Of a DNA stretch of 64,000 nucleotides, positions 57,894 through 64,000 are shown piece by piece. Source of the stretch: a virus (lineage: Duplodnaviria; Caudoviricetes); the IMG/VR virus record IMGVR_UViG_3300042558_004043; one strand, 5' to 3'. The position numbers were made by a program, and so were the translations under genes. How positions within the stretch are numbered: the stretch's first letter is position 1; each line of letters starts with the position of its first letter. The notes beneath the pieces were generated by a model. It saw only the letters and a list, made by a program, of their open reading frames with translations, ran no database searches and had not been told where the DNA came from.

Positions 57894-58274
57894 ATGATGA
57901 AAAAACTAATCCTAACTTTAGTCCTATCACTTTTGACAATCATCTCATTCTCACAAGTTTGGGCAAGGGCCGTCAGTCTAACAATTGGTGTTAGAGATGA
58001 TGCTTATTCCAAATTTACGTGGGGAGAAACGAAAAAATTGTCGGGTGATATTCTTGTCAAATTTGACGCTCAGGAAATTACAATATACACCGAAGATATT
58101 CAATTCTATCAGACACTTAAACCTGAATATTTTACCGAAGATGGTAATGGTTCTTATTGGTATGCGGTTGACGAAGATAGGAAAAGATGCAAGGTTTATC
58201 TTTACTATAAAGGTGGGGACATTGTTATGGTTGAATATGATGACGTATGTATAATTTATGAGGTTTTATATTAA
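57894..58274 (+). CDS. secreted hypothetical protein
   Basis: signal peptide ending ISFSQ. Confidence 0.6.
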   Translation: MMKKLILTLVLSLLTIISFSQVWARAVSLTIGVRDDAYSKFTWGETKKLSGDILVKFDAQEITIYTEDIQFYQTLKPEYFTEDGNGSYWYAVDEDRKRCKVYLYYKGGDIVMVEYDDVCIIYEVLY

Positions 58275-58304
58275 AAAGATTGAAGACAATGTTGATAAGT
58301 AAAT

Positions 58305-58336
58305 TTTGTAAAATCAAAAAAGTTACCGTATATTTG
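58305..58336 (+). promoter_or_regulatory. Bacteroidota sigma-A type promoter
   Basis: TTTG, 20-nt spacer, TATATTTG. Confidence 0.7.
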
Positions 58337-58340
58337 TACC

Positions 58341-59012
58341 ATGAAACACATACTTATAACCCTCACAATTATTTCTTTATTTTCTTGTAACAACGAACCA
58401 ACTAAAGTCGTTCCATGGTCCGAAAGTGGAATTCCTGAACTTGAAAGTCTTGGTCGAAAACTCGAAAAAATGCCTGACATAGACGACACTTTGTCTCAGC
58501 ATTATGTAAAAATTCTTAAAGAAAAAGAATTAGACGAAGTCCAACCTAAAGTTGAATCTGCGGTCCGAATTAAAGGATTGGGTAATTACAATCAAAAGGA
58601 TGTTAACAAAGTTGCGGAATATGTTAACAAGTTTTTTGGTTATCGATGTATAGTTGAGGAAGGAGTCCCAACGACAAGTAAGATGTATTACAATGGAAAT
58701 AACTTAGATGTTTCCCAATGTATATTTGAACTTAATCGTCACGGAGTTAAAACAATTTATGTGACCAATGAAAACGTTGTTAATAAAGGTCAACAAATTC
58801 GTGGGGGTACGTTCTTACGTTGTAATACTGTGATTGTGGAACATACTGATTACGATGAAACTACGGTTTTACACGAAGTTGGTCATACGTTAGGTCTTGT
58901 TCACTGTGATAACCCAAAATGTTTGATGGCCATTAATAATGACGCCGAGGTAACTATGGATTTTTGTGATAAATGTAAAAAAAGATTGAAACAAGATGAA
59001 AACATTCAATGA
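58341..59012 (+). CDS. lipoprotein archaemetzincin-like zinc metalloprotease
   Basis: signal ending LFSC; HEVGHTLGLVHC...CLM...FCDKC. Confidence 0.8.
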   Translation: MKHILITLTIISLFSCNNEPTKVVPWSESGIPELESLGRKLEKMPDIDDTLSQHYVKILKEKELDEVQPKVESAVRIKGLGNYNQKDVNKVAEYVNKFFGYRCIVEEGVPTTSKMYYNGNNLDVSQCIFELNRHGVKTIYVTNENVVNKGQQIRGGTFLRCNTVIVEHTDYDETTVLHEVGHTLGLVHCDNPKCLMAINNDAEVTMDFCDKCKKRLKQDENIQ

Positions 59013-59280
59013 TTTGGTATTTGAACCCCACCCAAATTTGAGAGGAGGAGTTCAAGCTTTAATGACCCTTAACAACGGATACGAAATTTCAGTAGTTGGT
59101 GGAGATGAATTCTTTTACGGAGATGGTATTAACACTTTTGAAGTTGCGGTGTTTGACAGAATGGGAGAAATGATAATGCTTCAAGAAACCGACCAAGTTT
59201 TAGGGTACCAAATCAAACATGAAATCACTGATTTAATTCAGAAATACGATAATGAACCAATTTTAAAAGTTAATTTATGA
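58996..59280 (+). CDS. hypothetical phage protein
   Basis: NGYEISVVGG...YG...TFEVAV. Confidence 0.6.
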   Translation: MKTFNDLVFEPHPNLRGGVQALMTLNNGYEISVVGGDEFFYGDGINTFEVAVFDRMGEMIMLQETDQVLGYQIKHEITDLIQKYDNEPILKVNL

Positions 59281-59441
59281 GTAAAGAAGCTAAAGATTTT
59301 GCATATTGGATACCGACGGTATATGAACCATGTGGCCAACATGATTGGAAATATAGGTATCCAAAAAATTCAGATGAAATGACCAAGTGTTTCACTGTTG
59401 AGGAGGTTTACGACGACTATATACAAAAAAAGGGGAGTTAA
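59277..59441 (+). CDS. small hypothetical protein (54 aa, not in ORF track)
   Basis: ATGA overlap; MSKEAKDFAYWIP... Confidence 0.5.
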   Translation: MSKEAKDFAYWIPTVYEPCGQHDWKYRYPKNSDEMTKCFTVEEVYDDYIQKKGS

Positions 59442-59472
59442 CAACTCCCCTTAATTCCCAATATTTGAAATA

Positions 59473-59637
59473 TTATTTGTTGGATAAAATTGACCATACG
59501 GTCCCAACGAAAGTTACAGTCATACCAATTATGTCCATAATTTGACCTTCTGATGCTAAGCCCCTAGCAACTAAAATTCCCCCTAAAAAAGTAAGTCCGT
59601 GTCTAACTAAACCCAAAATTTGTTCTTTTTGTACCAT
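59473..59637 (-). CDS. small two-TM putative holin (54 aa, not in ORF track)
   Basis: MVQKEQILGLVRHGLTFLGGILVARG...VTFVGTVWSILSNK; TATTTAT upstream. Confidence 0.65.
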   Translation of the reverse strand: MVQKEQILGLVRHGLTFLGGILVARGLASEGQIMDIIGMTVTFVGTVWSILSNK

Positions 59638-59726
59638 TGTTTAAAAATTAAAATTTATTTACTATAAATATTTTGAAAGTCGGAAAAACACACTTACATT
59701 TGTAATCACAATTAAAACGATAAAAT

Positions 59727-60095
59727 ATGTCTAAAGAAAAAAAGAACTCTATTGATTCATTGTATGAACAAACTATGTTAATTGCAAAACAAGTAGAACA
59801 ATTAAAGAAAGAAGTTATGGGTGAACAAACCTATTCCTTCACGAAACAACAACTCAAGGAATTTTCAGACGCACTGTATGATAATTTTGTTCAATTACAA
59901 AACTCCTCAATTTCTGGAATTGAATTTTCAAGTGATTATGTTCAATTAGAACTTGAGGACAATGTAATCGTTGCTTCAATTGATTCCACTGGTATTTCTG
60001 ATGAAATTGAAAGTCTTGTTGAGCCTCCGAGCACTTATGAAATGGATAATATGATTAGTGAGATTTTGGAGAGTATGAAGATAGAACTCCAATGA
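59727..60095 (+). CDS. hypothetical protein
   Basis: TACATTTG upstream. Confidence 0.6.
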   Translation: MSKEKKNSIDSLYEQTMLIAKQVEQLKKEVMGEQTYSFTKQQLKEFSDALYDNFVQLQNSSISGIEFSSDYVQLELEDNVIVASIDSTGISDEIESLVEPPSTYEMDNMISEILESMKIELQ

Positions 60096-60313
60096 AAAAA
60101 ATCAAATTAAAAAAACCTTATATCGATAAAACTGATGAGACAAGAAATCAGGTAATTAGAGATATGTTTAACACCAATAAAAAACCAATTACAAAAATGA
60201 GATACAATAACAATACACCTTTTGAAGAATTTATGTACCGTTTTGCGGTTGTCTTTGGAATCACTGTGATTACTTTAAATCTAATTATTTTGGTTTTAAA
60301 GTTGATTGGTTAA
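60092..60313 (+). CDS. small C-terminally anchored membrane protein
   Basis: ATGA overlap; hydrophobic tail. Confidence 0.55.
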   Translation: MKKIKLKKPYIDKTDETRNQVIRDMFNTNKKPITKMRYNNNTPFEEFMYRFAVVFGITVITLNLIILVLKLIG

Positions 60314-60349
60314 GGTTTTACCTGTATATTTGTAAAAGTTATTTGAAAT

Positions 60350-60639
60350 GCTGGGTTGATGGAATAGGTAGACATTCAGGACTTTAACTATTTGAGTGCG
60401 TCTTGAGAAATCAAGAATGTAGAACTCCGTAAATTCGGTGAACCCTCCGAAAGTGGGAACCCCGAGCCAAGCCTGAAAAGGAAGGTGTAGAGACTAGACA
60501 CGGAGCACCTAAATCGTAAGATATGGTGAAGGTATAGTCCAGACCACAAACAACTTTTAGTTGGTAGTGAAAACTATAGTGGTAAGAAAATCCTGTGGAC
60601 ATTGCGTCCGTGTGGGTTCGAGTCCCACACCCAGTACCA
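60350..60639 (+). tRNA. tRNA-Leu(UAA) interrupted by a group I intron (exons 60350-60384 and 60587-60639)
   Basis: spliced anticodon arm CAGGA-CTT^AAAA-TCCTG; acceptor GCTGGGT/ACCCAGT; long variable arm; encoded CCA. Confidence 0.92.
60385..60586 (+). ncRNA. self-splicing group I intron (IC3, Azoarcus-like), 202 nt, no ORF
   Basis: P1 ACUU/GAGU with U.G; P3 CTCCGT/ACGGAG; P7 GACTA/TAGTC; GAAA-capped P2 and P9; terminal G. Confidence 0.92.
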
Positions 60640-60641
60640 AA

Positions 60642-60715
60642 GCACCCTTAGCTCATTAGGTTAGAGCAAGTGACTCATAATCACTGGGTGGCAGGTTCGA
60701 ATCCTGCAGGGTGCA
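60642..60715 (+). tRNA. tRNA with CAU anticodon, probably Ile2 (lysidine type)
   Basis: GCACCCT/AGGGTGC acceptor; AGTGA-CTCATAA-TCACT; resembles enterobacterial tRNA-Ile2 including C4 and C5. Confidence 0.85.
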
Positions 60716-60727
60716 CTAGTTAAACAT

Positions 60728-60872
60728 AGTCAAGTGGCGGAATATTGAGAGTCTCCGGAAACATACTCTCAAGGTAGACGTACTAGATGGTTATAGCACT
60801 AGGGGTAAAAAAGCACAATGCGTGTGGTCACTATAATGGCAGCCCGTGGAGGTTCGAATCCTTCCTTGACTA
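60728..60872 (+). ncRNA. 145-nt tRNA-like RNA with D-loop hairpin insertion and expanded anticodon/variable region
   Basis: AGTCAAG/CTTGACT acceptor, TGGCGGAAT...GGTAGACGT D-arm, GGAGG-TTCGAAT-CCTTC T-arm; no canonical anticodon arm. Confidence 0.7.
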
Positions 60873-60890
60873 CAATTTTTTTAATTTACT

Positions 60891-60995
60891 ATGAATGGGT
60901 TAGAATTATTATTAATTGGTATTTGGGTCGGAATGGGACTTGGGTACTTAATAACAAAAGATTTTTATAAGAAAAATGGCACAAGGCGTTCATAA
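60891..60995 (+). CDS. 34-aa membrane peptide (not in ORF track)
   Basis: MNGLELLLIGIWVGMGLGYLITKDFYKKNGTRRS. Confidence 0.4.
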   Translation: MNGLELLLIGIWVGMGLGYLITKDFYKKNGTRRS

Positions 60996-61620
60996 AATAA
61001 CTGAAGAATTTGAAAAAAAATTATCAGACTATACCGGAGCTCCGTTTGTAGTTACAGTAGATAATCAAAGTAATGCACTTTTTTTATCTCTGATGTATGA
61101 AAATGTGAAGGGAATGGATATTGAAATTCCTTGTAGGACATATCCATCGGTCCCTTGTGAAATAATTCACGCAGGAGGTAAAGTTAAATTCTTTAATGTG
61201 GAAGGAGATACGATTAAAGGGGCATATCAGTTATATCCAACTAAAGTTTGGGATAGTGCGTTAAGATTTACTCATAACATGTACATTCCAAACACACATA
61301 TGTGTGTATCTTTCACAGGACCATACAAACATTTAAAATTGGGCAAAGGTGGTGCTATTTTAACTGATGATGAAAATGCCTACAAGTGGTTTAAAAAGGC
61401 TAGATTTAGCGGTCGTGATGAATGTAGTTATCATGATGATGATTTTGATAAAAATCCGGTAATCGGATGGAATTTCTACATGATGCCTGAAATTGCGGCA
61501 AGAGGATTACTTTTAATTAGTCAGTTCTATGATTCGAAGGGAATTCCTATTATCAACGAAGATTTAGAATTACCTTATCCTGATTTATCTAAATTTAAAA
61601 TCTACACTAAAATTAATTAA
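60976..61620 (+). CDS. short DegT/DnrJ/EryC1/StrS-family PLP aminotransferase-like protein
   Basis: EFEKKLSDYTG, DSA, SFTGPYKHL..GKGGAILTDD, GWNFYM; only 214 aa. Confidence 0.75.
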   Translation: MAQGVHKITEEFEKKLSDYTGAPFVVTVDNQSNALFLSLMYENVKGMDIEIPCRTYPSVPCEIIHAGGKVKFFNVEGDTIKGAYQLYPTKVWDSALRFTHNMYIPNTHMCVSFTGPYKHLKLGKGGAILTDDENAYKWFKKARFSGRDECSYHDDDFDKNPVIGWNFYMMPEIAARGLLLISQFYDSKGIPIINEDLELPYPDLSKFKIYTKIN

Positions 61621-61622
61621 TT

Positions 61623-62288
61623 ATGGAAAATATTGTTTTATTTGGTGGGGGTAATCAATCTCATTATACCATCGACATTATTGAAAAAGAAAATAAATAT
61701 AAAATTGTAGGTATTATTGATTCGATAAATGAAATTGGTAGTATTAAATATGGATATAAAATTTTAGGAAGAGAAGAAAATTTAAAACAAATAATAAATG
61801 AATATGAAGTTTATGGAGGTGTAATATCAATAGGTGAGAATTGGACTAGGTATTACGTACATGAAAAAATAATTTCAATGGTTCCTAATTTCAAATTTGT
61901 TAACGCAATACATCCATCAGTAATCATTGGTAATACAACTGAGATGGGTGTTGGGATTGTGGCTATGGCCGGATGTATATTTAACCCAAAATCAAAAATT
62001 GGTGACTTTACTTTTTTTGCAACAGGGGCTCAGGTTGAACATGATAATATAATATCAGACTTTGCAAGTATTTCCGCGGGTTCAATTACTGGAGGTTATG
62101 TAAAAATTGGTAAATATTCGGCAATTACTCTGGGAGTCACTGTTTTAGATAGATTAGAAATAGGAGATAATACTGTTGTTGGTGCTGGAAGTTTAGTAAT
62201 TAAATCTTTACCTGACGATGTTTTAGCGTATGGTAATCCGGCTAAAATAATTAGAAAAAGAATAAAAGGAGAAAAATTTTTAAAATGA
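61623..62288 (+). CDS. NeuD/PglD-type sugar acetyltransferase
   Basis: IVLFGGGNQ, IHPSVII, hexapeptide repeats, GAGSLV, AYGNPAKII. Confidence 0.9.
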   Translation: MENIVLFGGGNQSHYTIDIIEKENKYKIVGIIDSINEIGSIKYGYKILGREENLKQIINEYEVYGGVISIGENWTRYYVHEKIISMVPNFKFVNAIHPSVIIGNTTEMGVGIVAMAGCIFNPKSKIGDFTFFATGAQVEHDNIISDFASISAGSITGGYVKIGKYSAITLGVTVLDRLEIGDNTVVGAGSLVIKSLPDDVLAYGNPAKIIRKRIKGEKFLK

Positions 62289-63070
62289 CAATTGACCAAT
62301 TAAATGAATTAAGTATGAAAGGTCATACTATAATTAAAAATCAAGTTAGCACAGAATGGTTAGATATGCTTTCTGAAGAGATGGATAAATCTTTTGTTAA
62401 ACATAGAAATATTCAAATAAGTAATAATAATGAAATAAACTCAGATGGAGTTGCTCTCCACGCTATTTTAGACAGTAAGATTTTCATTGAATTTTTACAA
62501 GTATTACTTGACAATGGATTTATTGATTCACTACAAAATAATTTTTTTAAAAGTAACTGTATCTTAAATTCATTTAGTGCGTTAAATAACCTACCATTTA
62601 AACCAAATTTTTCATCAATTATCCACAGAGATTTGAGGTTTTACTCGGGAGATTTCCCAATTATGATTAATTGTTTAGTTATGGTTGACGATTTTACTTT
62701 AGAAAATGGTGGAACTTTTTTACTATCAGGTTCTCATTTAAGTGAGGAAAAACCATCCGATTCAGAATTTTTTTCAAACTCATATCAGGCGACAGGAAAT
62801 AGAGGAGACATATTAATATTTAATTCTAATGTATGGCATTCGTCATCACCTAACAAAACTAATAAAAATAGACGAGCAATACCAATAACTATAAGTAGGT
62901 CATTTATGAAACAATTACTTGATTACCCAAGAGCTTTAGGGTATGATATTATGAACACCTTTACTCCTAAAATGCAACAATTTCTGGGATATTCTTCAAG
63001 GGTACCGGCTTCATTAGATGAATGGTATCAACCTGAAGAAAATAGATTTTATAAAAAAAATCAAGATTAA
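62285..63070 (+). CDS. PhyH-family 2OG-Fe(II) dioxygenase
   Basis: HRD, DDFTLENGGT, WHSSSPN, RRAI. Confidence 0.85.
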   Translation: MTIDQLNELSMKGHTIIKNQVSTEWLDMLSEEMDKSFVKHRNIQISNNNEINSDGVALHAILDSKIFIEFLQVLLDNGFIDSLQNNFFKSNCILNSFSALNNLPFKPNFSSIIHRDLRFYSGDFPIMINCLVMVDDFTLENGGTFLLSGSHLSEEKPSDSEFFSNSYQATGNRGDILIFNSNVWHSSSPNKTNKNRRAIPITISRSFMKQLLDYPRALGYDIMNTFTPKMQQFLGYSSRVPASLDEWYQPEENRFYKKNQD

Positions 63071-63075
63071 TAATT

Positions 63076-63222
63076 ATTAAATTAGCAATCGTAATATCAA
63101 CTTATGTAAGAAAAGATGGAATAATTCCATTTTATTTACGTCTTACTTTGGAATCAACATTTAACCAAACACATAAAAAATTTGGCAGTTTAAAAAAAAT
63201 GACTTTAATTTGTATTCAATAA
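63076..63222 (+). pseudogene. truncated glycosyltransferase family 2 N-terminal remnant
   Basis: KLAIVISTYVRKDG..PFYLRLTLESTFNQTH; no ATG (ATT); stop after 48 codons. Confidence 0.5.
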
Positions 63223-63239
63223 TTTAAAATATATATAAC

Positions 63240-64000
63240 ATGAAAAAAACAATTTTTTTTACATTAATTTCTCTTTTTTATTACAACTTGATTGTATCTC
63301 AAGTACCAAATTATTTACCAACAAATGGTCTTATCGGTTGGTGGCCGTTTGACGGTAATGCCAATGATGAAAGTGGAAATCAAAACCACGGACAGGTTTT
63401 TGGTTCGTCTTTAACTATGGATAGATTTGGTAATTCTGATATGGCCTATAATTTTAATGGAATTGATAATTTTATTTTGGTCGATAATTCTGAAAGTATT
63501 TCTAACGTCCCATCGTTATCAATTTCTGTATGGTTAAAAAAACCTGTCGGTAGTAGTGTAGATGATTACCAAGGAATTGTTACTAAATGGTTTTTTTCAT
63601 ACTTTGATGTATGTAATGGAGGGTCTTTTGATTCATATACAATGTTGATAGGTGATAATAACTTTATATCATCAACTAATATGAATACAATTAATGGTAA
63701 TAATGTTAATGGTGGAACTTGTACTGCTGATGATAAATGGCATTTCTTAGTCTTTACTCATAGTCCTGTAAATGGTGGAAAAATGTATGTTAATGGAGTA
63801 TTAACCGGTGAACAAACTACATATGGTGATATTTGTCCATCTGAAAATAATTTATTTTTTGGAGCTGATAATTTCCAAGGTAATATGTACAGATTTTTAT
63901 CAGGTAATTTAGATGATGTAGGAATGTGGAATCGAGATTTGAATGAGGATGAAGTTTTTAAACTTTATAGAGATTCAAATTCCCAAAACCCAACTAATAC
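63240..64000 (+). CDS. secreted LamG/concanavalin A-like domain protein (runs off window end)
   Basis: signal peptide; GLIGWWPFDGNAND, DRFGN...AYNFNG, WHFLV, MYVNG, LDDVGMWNRDL. Confidence 0.85.
   Translation, partial: MKKTIFFTLISLFYYNLIVSQVPNYLPTNGLIGWWPFDGNANDESGNQNHGQVFGSSLTMDRFGNSDMAYNFNGIDNFILVDNSESISNVPSLSISVWLKKPVGSSVDDYQGIVTKWFFSYFDVCNGGSFDSYTMLIGDNNFISSTNMNTINGNNVNGGTCTADDKWHFLVFTHSPVNGGKMYVNGVLTGEQTTYGDICPSENNLFFGADNFQGNMYRFLSGNLDDVGMWNRDLNEDEVFKLYRDSNSQNPTN

Noticed and set aside
60381-60390. Suppressor tRNA with UUA anticodon (CTTTAAC in the unspliced sequence)
   Set aside because: No anticodon stem forms there; the matching TCCTG strand lies after the intron and gives UAA
60411-60602. 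63-aa minus-strand ORF as an intron-encoded protein
   Set aside because: Antisense to the ribozyme core, no endonuclease motif; shadow ORF
60728-60872. tmRNA or selenocysteine tRNA
   Set aside because: Too short and no tag ORF for tmRNA; has a D-stem; no UCA anticodon or extended acceptor stem
325-62299. Many short overlapping ORFs in the track (e.g. 325-585, 1256-1582, 2058-2309, 7971-8288, 27152-27454, 44206-44472, 45492-45752, 52843-53253, 54457-54747)
   Set aside because: Antisense or out-of-frame shadows of better supported genes
1-64000. Stop-codon reassignment as in some large phages
   Set aside because: Long conserved genes are intact under the standard code, and TAA, TAG and TGA all end plausible genes
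1-64000. Bacterial chromosome or eukaryotic giant virus origin
   Set aside because: Housekeeping genes lack operon context; bacterial promoters, terminators, NusG and T9SS tails argue against a eukaryotic virus

Overview
AT-rich, gene-dense 64 kb segment that reads as part of a very large (jumbo/huge) tailed-phage genome with a Bacteroidota host. Phage evidence: host-like genes sit alone, out of bacterial operon context (dnaK, nusG, thyA, slyD, rmlC, rmlD, IMPDH/GMPR, a class II aaRS-like core), mixed with T4-like functions (RNA ligase, pyrimidine-dimer glycosylase) and many hypotheticals. Host evidence: Bacteroidota sigma-A type TAnnTTTG promoters and proteins with type IX secretion sorting domains. 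No core capsid, terminase or polymerase gene was recognised here. Main observations: (1) a tRNA-Leu(UAA) split by a compact 202-nt Azoarcus-like group I intron; (2) a neighbouring 145-nt tRNA-shaped RNA with insertions; (3) a complete two-component system; (4) a headless AsnRS-like gene preceded by a 9-codon Asn-rich leader ORF and a terminator, resembling an attenuator; (5) a 66-bp-period in-frame repeat with hypervariable interiors; (6) a family of N-terminal leader peptides associated with a TATTTAT motif; (7) T9SS-tagged secreted proteins; (8) tandem S8 proteases. All calls come from reading motifs by eye; no database searches were run.
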